The notes under the pieces are model-generated. The model was not told the DNA's origin, did not search any database, and was given only the letters and a program-made list of their open reading frames with translations. The position numbers were made by a program, and so were the translations under genes. From Nanohaloarchaea archaeon B1-Br10_U2g1 (GTDB lineage: Archaea > Nanohalarchaeota > Nanosalinia > Nanosalinales > Nanosalinaceae): a stretch of 38,680 bases of DNA. Shown one piece after another: positions 8,738-17,560 of the stretch. Within the stretch, counting starts at the first letter, position 1, and each line of letters starts with the position of its first letter. The stretch lies in contig LKMN01000005.1 of NCBI GenBank assembly GCA_001563875.1, positions 1 to 38,680 on the forward strand, in the 5' to 3' direction.

Positions 8738-8986
8738 ACTTTCTCTCTTTAATTCCTGTCTCAGTAGCAATAGGAAAGGGTCTCCAATCAGTAGTATAAG
8801 TTTAGCCGAGGCTAATTTTATCTATACGGTTCAAAGTTTGAAGATATATAGGAAGATTTGGACAGATGTCTGGTCTGTAAAAGTGACCGGGTTGAGTTAA
8901 TATTAAAGAGCTCGATTCTGCACGAGTTAACATTGGGGTCCGAAAGGTCACTTGGTAAAAAGGGTAAACATCTAGAGGTATAAAAA

Positions 8987-9502
8987 ATGGATTATGAAGG
9001 TATCTGGAACAAGATAGAGAATGATAGAGGGTTTCAGGAGTTCTACTTTTTTGCTATAGCTTTGATACTGGCGTTTGGAACTCTTGAAACAACAGGGACA
9101 GTTCTAGATACAGAAAAACCTGTTGTAACCGTTGTGTCATGTTCGATGTATCCGGAGCTTGATGTAGGAGATATACTGGTTGTTAGAGGAACAGACTTTG
9201 AAGATGTAGAGGAGGGAGATATCATAGTTTTTGATGTGGACGACCAGTACAGCGATATACCGATAATACACCGGGTTATAGAGACCGGAGACGGATACGT
9301 AGGTGCGAAGGGAGACAATACTGAAGCACAGCAAGAGTTTGAAGAAAGGATAGAGCCAGATCAGGTACATGGTAAGACGGTCCTCAGGGTGCCGAGAGTA
9401 GGACTGCTGAAGATTCTTGCGATCGACTTCACGGGCTACGGAGATCCTGGCAACCAGCCGTTCACTTTTGACACCACTCAGAGATGTACCATGCAGGTAT
9501 AG
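8987..9502 (+). CDS. sec11: Signal peptidase I, archaeal/ER-type (S26B)
   Basis: N-terminal TM, V.S.SM.P, GDI, IIHRV and KGDN motifs. Confidence 0.9.
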   Translation: MDYEGIWNKIENDRGFQEFYFFAIALILAFGTLETTGTVLDTEKPVVTVVSCSMYPELDVGDILVVRGTDFEDVEEGDIIVFDVDDQYSDIPIIHRVIETGDGYVGAKGDNTEAQQEFEERIEPDQVHGKTVLRVPRVGLLKILAIDFTGYGDPGNQPFTFDTTQRCTMQV

Positions 9503-9543
9503 GCCCATGTTATTTAAAGCTACACCTGTAAACCACCTCAAGT

Positions 9544-9891
9544 ATGGAGTTCTGTGACGAATGCGGAGGAATGCTTGTATCTGAGAAACAGAACGGCGAC
9601 TCAGTGATGAAATGTCGTAACTGCGACCATGTACAGGACGTAGATGGCGGAGAGATGAAAATCACTGAAGAGAAGGAAGAAGATCCTATGGACCGTCTAA
9701 ACGTTTCCTCAGAAGACGAGCAAGAAACAACGAGACCAACAACGATGAAAGAGTGTCCGAAATGTTCGGAAGACTCTGAAGATGAGAAAGAACATGAGTG
9801 GTGGATGGAACAGACAAGGTCGTCCGATGAACCAGCAACGCGTTTTTACGAATGTGTAAACTGTGGGAACGTCCATAAAGAATACGATTAA
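9544..9891 (+). CDS. tfs: Transcription factor S
   Basis: MEFCxxCG...CxxC zinc ribbon and C-terminal CPKC...QTRSSDEP.T.FY.C..C with the acidic DE dipeptide. Confidence 0.95.
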   Translation: MEFCDECGGMLVSEKQNGDSVMKCRNCDHVQDVDGGEMKITEEKEEDPMDRLNVSSEDEQETTRPTTMKECPKCSEDSEDEKEHEWWMEQTRSSDEPATRFYECVNCGNVHKEYD

Positions 9892-9893
9892 GT

Positions 9894-10457
9894 TTAATCT
9901 ACTTCGATCTCATCTCTCTTACCAAGCTCATCGGCCAAGGCAATGACGGAAGCTCGAAGCTTCTTGATATCTTCAGTTAGTTCTTTTTCTTTACTCTCGA
10001 ACTCTCTTTTGTTAAGTTTCTTCTCAAAGTCGAAGTCCCGATTGTTTATCTCTACGAGAAACTCTGACTCTAGGTCATCAACCTTTTTCTCAAAACTGTC
10101 CATCCTCTGTCTGAAATCTCCCATCATCTTCCGACTTTTCTTAATCTCCTTCAATATGTCCACTAGAACTTCTTCGACTTCTATATCTTCTATTTTCTCG
10201 CTGTTTTCCTCGGTCTTTTCTTCGACTCTGTCGACCCTTTCCTTGATATCGGGAAGGGTGCCGGCAACATTCTCAATCTCTTTAAGCTCTTTCTTTTGGA
10301 ATTCAAGCTCCTCAAATATTATCTGTTGGTAGTTGTCTGTGAAGTCTTGTAAGGCAGAGTCTACGGCTTTTAGATGAGAGTTGATATCTTCAACTGATGA
10401 TTCAAGCCTTGATATGCGTTCGACAGCTTCCTCTCCCTTCTTTCCAAGAAGATCCAT
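9894..10457 (-). CDS. Hypothetical coiled-coil protein
   Basis: 187 aa, E/K-rich, with heptad periodicity throughout. Confidence 0.75.
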   Translation of the reverse strand: MDLLGKKGEEAVERISRLESSVEDINSHLKAVDSALQDFTDNYQQIIFEELEFQKKELKEIENVAGTLPDIKERVDRVEEKTEENSEKIEDIEVEEVLVDILKEIKKSRKMMGDFRQRMDSFEKKVDDLESEFLVEINNRDFDFEKKLNKREFESKEKELTEDIKKLRASVIALADELGKRDEIEVD

Positions 10458-10472
10458 GTAATTGTTTAGGTG

Positions 10473-10673
10473 CTAGTCTGTATTTGAAACCTTTCTCTTA
10501 CCTCTTCTGAAGATACCTATCCCGGTTATAAGCGGAAGTATCCCTCCGAGGGTAAGACCGACTGCTACTTCTATGTCCCAGAATGCCGAGCCTATTACAA
10601 ATCCTGTGAATATCCAGACCAGACCCAGTAGCATTAAGGTTCTACCTATCGATATCTCTTCTTCGGGATCCAT
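10473..10673 (-). CDS. Small two-TM membrane protein
   Basis: Two hydrophobic stretches followed by a basic tail (RRGKRK). Confidence 0.7.
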   Translation of the reverse strand: MDPEEEISIGRTLMLLGLVWIFTGFVIGSAFWDIEVAVGLTLGGILPLITGIGIFRRGKRKVSNTD

Positions 10674-10732
10674 GTACTAGTTTTTCTTTACAACCCGGTA
10701 CAGTTAAAACATTTGAAGGGAACCGGTTTCAC

Positions 10733-11062
10733 ATGGCTGAACAACAGAGAAGAGCGGCTGCAACACCGAAAGATATCGAAGAAATCGATCCTCAGACAGA
10801 TATAAGAGCAAGAATAGTTGGGACAGCTATATCGCTCGGAGAGGAATCATTAACGTTAGATGATGGTACGGGATCGACCGAAGTATTCATGAGAGAAGAA
10901 GAACTTGAAGATTTAGAGGAAAACAGTCGTATAAGGGTTCTCGGAAGGATTCTACCTACTCCAGACAGTTTCGAGGTTCAGGCGGAGGTAGTACATACGC
11001 TTGGAGACGAGGAAGCTGAACTCTACGACAGAGTTAAAAAAATTGTTAATACTAGTGAATAA
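10733..11062 (+). CDS. Single OB-fold protein, RPA small-subunit-like
   Basis: RIVG.....LDDGTG...V...RVLGR OB-fold pattern; directly upstream of PCNA. Confidence 0.72.
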   Translation: MAEQQRRAAATPKDIEEIDPQTDIRARIVGTAISLGEESLTLDDGTGSTEVFMREEELEDLEENSRIRVLGRILPTPDSFEVQAEVVHTLGDEEAELYDRVKKIVNTSE

Positions 11063-11080
11063 CACAAGGTGTATTGAGGA

Positions 11081-11833
11081 GTGTTCAAAGCAGAATTAGA
11101 AGAAGTAGGACTTATACAGGACTCTATGAAAACAGTTTCAGACTTAATCAGTGAAGGACTTTTCCAGCTAACAGATGACGGGGTAAAACTGATAGCCGCA
11201 GATCCAGCAATGGTAGCACTAGTCGATTTCAAGATAGAGAAAGACGTATTTGAAAACTATGAACTAGATGAGGAAGACAAGGTAGGACTAAACCTTGAGA
11301 ATTTCTATTCAATCCTTAGAAGAGCTAACAGCGACGATACTATAACCTTTGAAGTAAAGGAGGACGAGTCCAAGTTCTACATAAAAATGGAGAACTCCTC
11401 AACCAGAAACTTCTCACTACCAATCCTCAATCTGTCAGAGGACGACATCCCAAGTACAGACCAGCTAGACTTCACAGTGACAGCTGAACTCGAGACATCA
11501 GTTCTAGAAAGCGCTATCAAAGACGCGCTTGTTGTAGGAGACTCAGTAACAATTTCTGCAGACTCAGAAACACTGAATATTGAAGCAGAAGGGGACCAGA
11601 GCAACGTAGACTTCAGTATAAGTGGAGACTCCCCGGGAGTAATGGAGCTCGAAGGAGGAGAAGCACGTTCAATGTTCTCACTAGACTACCTCAACAATAT
11701 GACGGGAGCTAAGAAGCTGAGTGACAACGTAGAACTCAAACTTGGTGAAGACTTCCCTATGAGGCTCAACTTCACAGTGCCGGAACAGGCAAGACTAAGT
11801 TTCGTGCTGGCGCCTAGAATAGAAGAGGATTAA
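11081..11833 (+). CDS. pcn: PCNA sliding clamp
   Basis: A.DPAMVALVD, FSLDYL, G.DFP and terminal LAPRIEED; GTG start with GAGGA just upstream. Confidence 0.97.
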   Translation: MFKAELEEVGLIQDSMKTVSDLISEGLFQLTDDGVKLIAADPAMVALVDFKIEKDVFENYELDEEDKVGLNLENFYSILRRANSDDTITFEVKEDESKFYIKMENSSTRNFSLPILNLSEDDIPSTDQLDFTVTAELETSVLESAIKDALVVGDSVTISADSETLNIEAEGDQSNVDFSISGDSPGVMELEGGEARSMFSLDYLNNMTGAKKLSDNVELKLGEDFPMRLNFTVPEQARLSFVLAPRIEED

Positions 11834-12019
11834 AATTCCTCGTATATTCTATTTAGTTCTTATCTACTTTCTCAACCTAGTAAATTTCTAGTAGACTTGG
11901 TTTCAAACTTGAGAAGCTGTGGATACTGATACCGGTTCACGTTTTTTGTCAAAAATATATTCTATACTTGTCTCCGGACAACAGTTAGAAACCTAAACTT
12001 GGGAATCTAAGAAATATCC

Positions 12020-12391
12020 ATGTCGGAAGAAAGATGGAAGCAGAAGCTTTCGGAGGAAGAGTACCAAGTCCTCAGAGAGAAAGGTACTGAACCGCCCGGA
12101 ACAGGGAATTATATCAATAAGGATGAAGAAGGGGTCTACAGATGTAAGGGATGTGGCCAAAAACTTTTTTCAAGTGATTCAAAGTTCTCGAGCAGTAAAT
12201 GGCCTTCGTTCTATGATGCTGTAGACGGATCTGTTGAATATAGAGAAGATAAGTCGCATGGAATGGTTAGAACAGAAGTAGTTTGTTCCCGATGTGAAAG
12301 CCATTTAGGACACGTATTTGATGACGGACCAAAGCCTACCGGAAAACGGTTCTGTATAAACTCCATTGCTCTTAACTTTGAGGAAGAATGA
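12020..12391 (+). CDS. msrB: Peptide methionine-(R)-sulfoxide reductase
   Basis: GTEPP, two CxxC, WPSFY, HLGHVF.DGP.PTG.RFCINS. Confidence 0.97.
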   Translation: MSEERWKQKLSEEEYQVLREKGTEPPGTGNYINKDEEGVYRCKGCGQKLFSSDSKFSSSKWPSFYDAVDGSVEYREDKSHGMVRTEVVCSRCESHLGHVFDDGPKPTGKRFCINSIALNFEEE

Positions 12392-12425
12392 TCAGTCTTT
12401 TAGCTTTTCAGTATAACCAAACATT

Positions 12426-13781
12426 ATGGGGAAAGAAGGGGAAAAACCTCAGGACTGGAAAATAAGACAGTACTACGAACAGCAGCCGGTTATAGACCGT
12501 GTAGTCAGAGTATCCGAGTACCGTGAGATAGCTGCCACATACGATTCAGGGTACGGCAAGAGACCTGACGCAATAAACTTTCCGGGAGACTTCGAACAGT
12601 TTGTTGAGAACGGTGCCGTAGCTTTCCACGCATCGGTCGAGAAATGGCGTAACCCGCTTCTTATAGACCAAGTCAACAACTTAGATACGTTAAGAGAGGG
12701 CTGGGATCTTATAATAGACATTGACTGCGACCACAGCTTCGAGCTCTCAAAAGAAACCGCTAAACTGGTTATAGAAGAGCTTGAACAGCACGGTATCGAA
12801 AATATAGGTGTAAAGTTTTCAGGTAACAGAGGTTTCCATATATCCGTTATGAGTACTGCTTTACCGGAAAATGTTGAAGGCAAACATATCTCGGAGCTCT
12901 ATCCAAGGCTTCCCAGAGGCATCGTGAACTATCTAAGACGGAACCTTGAGCAGGAGCTTACTACAAAGGTGGAGGAGTACGGTTATGGTGAGGAGATGCA
13001 GGTTGAGTCCGGAGAAGACCCTTTCCAAGTAACAGATATAGAGAACGACTGGGGAAGAAGACATCTATTCAGAATGCCTTACTCTCTTCATGACGGAAGC
13101 TGGAGAGTTTCCCTGCCTATAGAGAAACATGAAGTAATGGATTTCGAGAAAGAAGACGCTGAAATAGAGAACGTAGACTTCGAAACCGACTTCTTCAAAG
13201 AACCAGAGGAAGGCGAGGCCACTAACTTGGTGGTACAGGCACTGGATTACTTAGAGCAACAAGAGGAAGATAGGGAAGAGAAAAGAAAAGAAAGAGCAAA
13301 CAAAGACTACGAAAGACCGGAAGACGCGATTCCAGAGAAATACTTCCCACCTACGATAAAAAATATTCTAGAAGGTCTTGAAGACGGTAGGAAACGTGCA
13401 CTGTTCATACTTATCAACTTTTACAGGGCGGTAGGATACTCATGGAACGAGATAGAGACAAAGATATGGAGCTGGAATGAGAGAAACAAAGAAGCGCTTT
13501 CCGACTCCTATGTCAAAGGACAGCTGGACTGGCACAGAAGACGGGATGAAGACGTACCTCCTCCAAACTACAACTCAAACGGATACTACAAAGACATGCA
13601 GGTGTACGAGGGAGATCCATTGGAAGAGAAGGTTCCAAACCCTGTAAGTTACGCTTTTAGGAAGGCAAAGAAAAGAGAAGACAATAATGAAGACAAAGAC
13701 ATCTATGAGTGTCCTTACTGTGGTAAAGAGTACAAAACTGAAGGCTACTACAAAAAACATGTGCAGCAGTGTTTTGGTTGA
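12426..13781 (+). CDS. Fused single-chain DNA primase (PriS catalytic domain plus PriL-CTD-like domain) with C-terminal zinc finger
   Basis: WDLIIDID (DxD), KFSGNRGFH and R.PYSLH PriS motifs, then FPP..., DGRKRALF.L.NF and NP..Y of the PriL C-terminal type; lies between PCNA and GINS. Confidence 0.9.
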   Translation: MGKEGEKPQDWKIRQYYEQQPVIDRVVRVSEYREIAATYDSGYGKRPDAINFPGDFEQFVENGAVAFHASVEKWRNPLLIDQVNNLDTLREGWDLIIDIDCDHSFELSKETAKLVIEELEQHGIENIGVKFSGNRGFHISVMSTALPENVEGKHISELYPRLPRGIVNYLRRNLEQELTTKVEEYGYGEEMQVESGEDPFQVTDIENDWGRRHLFRMPYSLHDGSWRVSLPIEKHEVMDFEKEDAEIENVDFETDFFKEPEEGEATNLVVQALDYLEQQEEDREEKRKERANKDYERPEDAIPEKYFPPTIKNILEGLEDGRKRALFILINFYRAVGYSWNEIETKIWSWNERNKEALSDSYVKGQLDWHRRRDEDVPPPNYNSNGYYKDMQVYEGDPLEEKVPNPVSYAFRKAKKREDNNEDKDIYECPYCGKEYKTEGYYKKHVQQCFG

Positions 13782-13830
13782 GGCTGCACAGCGGAGATAA
13801 AAAGGTTTGACTGCGACTGATTTGATAGAT

Positions 13831-14421
13831 ATGACGGAGGAAGCACTGACCTTCAGCGAACTCAGAAAGATACAGAAGAAAGAAAAAAGACAGGAAAGAC
13901 TATCGGAACTTGACAATGGATTTCTACTGAATGTAAGACGTTACCTTGAAATGAAAGAAGGATCAGCAACTCCAAGAGAGTATAAAAATGCCAAAAGAGT
14001 TTTTGATAAGATACTGGAGCTGAGAAGAGAGAAGATAGTGAAAAACGCGCGTATAGCTGTTAAATCTGATCTGAATTCTTCCAAGCTTAATCTTCTGCCG
14101 CGTGAGAGAGAGCTGTTCCTAGATATCAAAGAAGTCTTCCAAAAGTACTCTGATGAGATAGATGATATAGTAGAAGGTGAGAAAGAAGTTGAACCTATTG
14201 AAGAGCCAGAGACCGCAACTGAAGAAGAAGAGGAAGAAATCGAAGACGATCAAGACACAGAAGATGGTTATGAGCAGGTAAAAATAGTATCTAGCGTTCC
14301 TGAGTTCATGGGGACCGACCTAGAGTCGTATGGACCGTTTGAAGAAGGCGAAAAGGCGGAGATACCTCAAGACAACGCTGAAATACTTGTAAACCGAGGT
14401 AATGCAGAGGTGGTTGAGTAA
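13831..14421 (+). CDS. GINS subunit (Gins51/Gins15 type)
   Basis: EL....K.E....LS.L...F, RREKI, NLLP.E..LF, an acidic linker and a B-domain P.F.G.D...YGPF..G....IP..NA..LV.RG.A. ATG at 13831 preferred over TTG at 13807. Confidence 0.88.
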   Translation: MTEEALTFSELRKIQKKEKRQERLSELDNGFLLNVRRYLEMKEGSATPREYKNAKRVFDKILELRREKIVKNARIAVKSDLNSSKLNLLPRERELFLDIKEVFQKYSDEIDDIVEGEKEVEPIEEPETATEEEEEEIEDDQDTEDGYEQVKIVSSVPEFMGTDLESYGPFEEGEKAEIPQDNAEILVNRGNAEVVE

Positions 14422-15059
14422 TGGTAAAAGTGTTCGCAGTAAGCGGATCACTGATAACAGGAAACCTGAAAGATCTTAAAGAGCTTGCAGAGGCTCTCAG
14501 CTCACATGAAGAACAGGTCCTTGTTGTAACAGGAGCAGGCAACCTAAAATCGTATATTAAAGCGGCAGGAAAGTTTGGGAATCAAGGAGAACAGGATCTA
14601 GTAGGTATAACAGCTACAAGACTTAACGCAAAAACCTTGATGACAGCTATGAAAAATGTCTATCCTTCAATCCCTGAAACAGCATATGATATACGAGAAG
14701 CCGCATCAACAGGCAAGAATATCGTTATGGGCGGACTGACTCCAGGACACTCAACAGATGCCGTGGCAGCTATCGCCGCGGAACTGGTAGAAGCACACCT
14801 TTACATCGCAACAAGCGTCGACCACGTCTACGACCGAGACCCAGAGAATGAAGACGCTGAGAAGTATGAGGAGATAGATACCGACGAACTAAGAAAGGTT
14901 ATATCAGGAAACAACGAAGCAGGAGGCCACGAACTCATAGATGGGACTGCTGTAGATATAATTGACCGATCTACGGTTAAAACCCGGCTATTCAAAGGAA
15001 ACACGGAAAACATCAGAAACCCTGAAAGCTGTGAAGGAACAGATATCCTTCCCGAGTAA
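14421..15059 (+). CDS. pyrH: Uridylate kinase (archaeal type)
   Basis: D..GI.ATRLNA, MGG..PGHSTDAVAA and VYD.DP....A motifs. Confidence 0.88.
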   Translation: MVKVFAVSGSLITGNLKDLKELAEALSSHEEQVLVVTGAGNLKSYIKAAGKFGNQGEQDLVGITATRLNAKTLMTAMKNVYPSIPETAYDIREAASTGKNIVMGGLTPGHSTDAVAAIAAELVEAHLYIATSVDHVYDRDPENEDAEKYEEIDTDELRKVISGNNEAGGHELIDGTAVDIIDRSTVKTRLFKGNTENIRNPESCEGTDILPE

Positions 15060-15094
15060 TAGTACTTTTAAAGTTTAACTTCAGTGATTTTGGT

Positions 15095-15397
15095 ATGGTC
15101 AAGATTCCAAAAGAACAGAGACGGTACTGTCCACACTGCGACGAACATACCGAGCAAACAGTTAAAGAACCTACAAACAGGAAGGACAGTCCTATGAGAA
15201 AGAAGTTCAGGAAGAGACAGAGAAAGATTGATCACGGCTACGGATCTTTCCCATACGAGAATCCGGCTATCAGAAGCAGAGGAGGTAAGAACCCGACTTC
15301 TGAGAAGAAAGACCTACAGTTCACATGTAAAGAGTGTGGAAAGAGCTACAAGCCGAAAAACCCTATCCGAACATCTAAACTAGAGATCGAAAGGTGA
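15095..15397 (+). CDS. rpl44e: 50S ribosomal protein L44e
   Basis: KIPK...YCP.C..HT, KK.DL...C.ECGK, conserved context. Confidence 0.95.
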   Translation: MVKIPKEQRRYCPHCDEHTEQTVKEPTNRKDSPMRKKFRKRQRKIDHGYGSFPYENPAIRSRGGKNPTSEKKDLQFTCKECGKSYKPKNPIRTSKLEIER

Positions 15398-15405
15398 ACA
15401 AACTA

Positions 15406-15579
15406 ATGGCAAGAGAGTTTCTAAAGGTAGAATGCGGAGAATGTGGGAACGAACAGAAGATATTCTCACATCCTTCAACAGACGTGAAATGTCTCGTATG
15501 TAACGAGGTAATCGCGAAGTCTACAGGCGGAAAAGCCGAACTACACGGCAACATTATCCAAGAACTAGAAGTTGAGTAA
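15406..15579 (+). CDS. rps27e: 30S ribosomal protein S27e
   Basis: FLKV.C..C.NEQ.IFS.....V.C..C......TGGKA; ATG at 15406 preceded by GGTGA. Confidence 0.95.
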   Translation: MAREFLKVECGECGNEQKIFSHPSTDVKCLVCNEVIAKSTGGKAELHGNIIQELEVE

Positions 15580-15657
15580 ATAGCTTTTTCTCAACCAACC
15601 GGTAGCAGGGAACAAAATTTCTTATACTTTTTAAGATTAGCACTCCAACGATAGGCT

Positions 15658-16416
15658 ATGCGCTGGTACAAAGACCGTCCTGAAACCGGAGACATGGTTG
15701 TAGTAACGATAACTGATATAGACAAGAACTCTGCATACGCTGAACTCGATGAGTACGAAGACGTAAGCGGACTAATCCATATATCCGAGGTCTCCCGTTC
15801 ATGGCTACAAGACGTTAGAAAAGAACTTGATGAAGGAGAAAAGACCGTAGCACAAGTTATAGACTCTGAAGAAGAAGGAACAATAGATCTATCGCTGAAA
15901 CGTGTGAACGACAACCAGAAACGGGACGCAATGGCGCGGTGGAAAAAAGAACAGAAGGCCGAAGAGTTCGTCGAACAGCTGTCTGAAAGAACAGGTAAAG
16001 ACATGGAAGATCTATACGAAGAAGTAGTATTCCCATTACAGAAAGAACTAGGATCCTCCTTCCACGGATTTGAAATTGCTGTAGGCGAAGAAGAGAAACT
16101 AAAAGAAATACTTGAAGCAGACGTAGTAGAAGACATACAGGAGATAGCTAAAGACAACATCAACATGAAACAGGAGAAACTCGAAGGAGAGATAACACTC
16201 GAGTTCAGCCAAGGCGACGGCATAGAGAAGATAAAAGAGACGTTTTCAGAGGTTGGAGAAGGTGTAGAGGTAAACTATCTGTCAGCACCGAACTACTCGG
16301 TAACCGCCTGGGGAAGAAACTCCAAGCTAGCTAAGAAACGTATGGACAAGGCTATCAAAACTTTCCGTGAGAAAGCTGAGGAACTTGAAGGGAAGTTCGA
16401 GTTCTCAAGGGCCTGA
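15658..16416 (+). CDS. Translation initiation factor 2 alpha subunit (aIF2-alpha)
   Basis: S1 domain with LDEY..GLIHISEV and IDLSLKRV; Y.SAP.Y near the C-terminus. Confidence 0.95.
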   Translation: MRWYKDRPETGDMVVVTITDIDKNSAYAELDEYEDVSGLIHISEVSRSWLQDVRKELDEGEKTVAQVIDSEEEGTIDLSLKRVNDNQKRDAMARWKKEQKAEEFVEQLSERTGKDMEDLYEEVVFPLQKELGSSFHGFEIAVGEEEKLKEILEADVVEDIQEIAKDNINMKQEKLEGEITLEFSQGDGIEKIKETFSEVGEGVEVNYLSAPNYSVTAWGRNSKLAKKRMDKAIKTFREKAEELEGKFEFSRA

Positions 16417-16422
16417 AATACA

Positions 16423-16566
16423 ATGATTAAAAAGTGTCCGAACTGCAATTCTTACACGTTGAAAGACACTCACTGTGAGGGACAGACAGTACAGGCTAGA
16501 CCGCCTAAGTTCTCATACCCTGACAAATACGGGAAATACCGTAGAAAAACTAAGAAAGGTGAATAA
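16423..16566 (+). CDS. nop10: H/ACA RNP protein Nop10 (not in the ORF track)
   Basis: MIKKCPNCNSYTLKDTHCEGQTVQARPPKFSYPDKYGKYRRKTKKGE*; YTL, PPKFS..DKYGKYRR motifs and canonical position after aIF2-alpha. Confidence 0.93.
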   Translation: MIKKCPNCNSYTLKDTHCEGQTVQARPPKFSYPDKYGKYRRKTKKGE

Positions 16567-16570
16567 GTTA

Positions 16571-17332
16571 ATGACTACGAGACTGGAAATGGAAAAAGAA
16601 ATAGATGTTGAAAAACCTGTATTTATAGAAGGACTAGCAGGAATAGGGCATATAGGGAAAACCACTGTAAGCTATCTAGTACATCATCTAGATGTAGAAA
16701 AGGTAGGAGAGCTTTACTCGCATCATTTCCCGCCTTACACAATAATAAATGATGAAAAAACTGTTGACCTGTTGAAAAATAATATTTATCAGTACAGAAA
16801 CGAGGATGGACAGGATCTTGTGCTTATCGAAGGTAACGCTCAAGCATCCAATCCTCCTGGACACTACGAAGTTGCAGAAAAAATAATGAGCTTGGTAGAG
16901 AAAGCAGAAGCCTCAGAAGTAATAACAGTTGGAGGATACGGAACAGGAGACGTGGTGGAGGACCCTGATGTCTTCGGAGCAGTATCTAAAGAAGAGCTGA
17001 AAAAAGAGTACTCCGAACACGGAATAAAATTCGGCCACGATATAGGTCAGATAGTAGGTGCCTCAGGACTGATACTGGCAATGGCTGCCGAAAAAGACTA
17101 CAAAGGACTATGCATGCTGGGAGAGACACCGGGATTCCTTATGAGTGATCCAAAAGCAACAGAGGCAGCATTAGAATGTATAGAAAAAGTACTTGATATA
17201 GAGCTTGACTTCTCAGATCTAGATGAAAAAATCCAGGAATCACAAGAAGTACTTAAAAAACTTCAGAATCTACAGCAACAACAGGGCCAAGAACAGGACC
17301 CAAGCAATTCCGACCTTGGCTACATAGGATAA
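16571..17332 (+). CDS. PAC2-family proteasome assembly chaperone-like protein (COG2047)
   Basis: EGL.GIGHIG, YS.HFPP, IVGASGL, GETPG...DP and LGYIG end. The ORF-track 5' extension overlaps nop10, so ATG 16571 is used. Confidence 0.9.
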   Translation: MTTRLEMEKEIDVEKPVFIEGLAGIGHIGKTTVSYLVHHLDVEKVGELYSHHFPPYTIINDEKTVDLLKNNIYQYRNEDGQDLVLIEGNAQASNPPGHYEVAEKIMSLVEKAEASEVITVGGYGTGDVVEDPDVFGAVSKEELKKEYSEHGIKFGHDIGQIVGASGLILAMAAEKDYKGLCMLGETPGFLMSDPKATEAALECIEKVLDIELDFSDLDEKIQESQEVLKKLQNLQQQQGQEQDPSNSDLGYIG

Positions 17333-17342
17333 AAGTGGTATA

Positions 17343-17507
17343 ATGACAGAGTACACAAGATACGAAAGAGCACGGATTCTAGGAGCAAGAAGCCTACAGA
17401 TAGCGATGGGAGCACCAGTATTCGTTGAATCAGATGAAGAAGAACCAATCGAACTAGCAAAGAAAGAGATGAACGAAGGAAAGCTTCCTATCACCGTAAA
17501 ACGGTAA
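17343..17507 (+). CDS. rpoK: RNA polymerase subunit K (Rpo6), not in the ORF track
   Basis: [25 protein letters not shown]...LPITVKR*. Confidence 0.96.
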   Translation: MTEYTRYERARILGARSLQIAMGAPVFVESDEEEPIELAKKEMNEGKLPITVKR

Positions 17508-17560
17508 ACATTTCTTCTTTTTCCTTACTGGTATAAACCAGTACAGCTTAATTATTCTGT

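Noticed and set aside
8770-8790. AGGAAAG resembling the RNase P RNA CR-I motif, or an SRP RNA
   Set aside because: No GAGGAAAGUCC match, no CR-V partner and no SRP helix-8 motif on either strand.
8858-8983. TTG-started 41-aa ORF containing CLVC in the rpoL-sec11 gap
   Set aside because: Only one Cys pair, basic composition unlike this proteome, and a weak start; the hairpin structure explains the region better.
16475-16570. 5' extension of the PAC2-family ORF
   Set aside because: It overlaps the clearly recognisable nop10 gene in another frame; the real start is ATG 16571.
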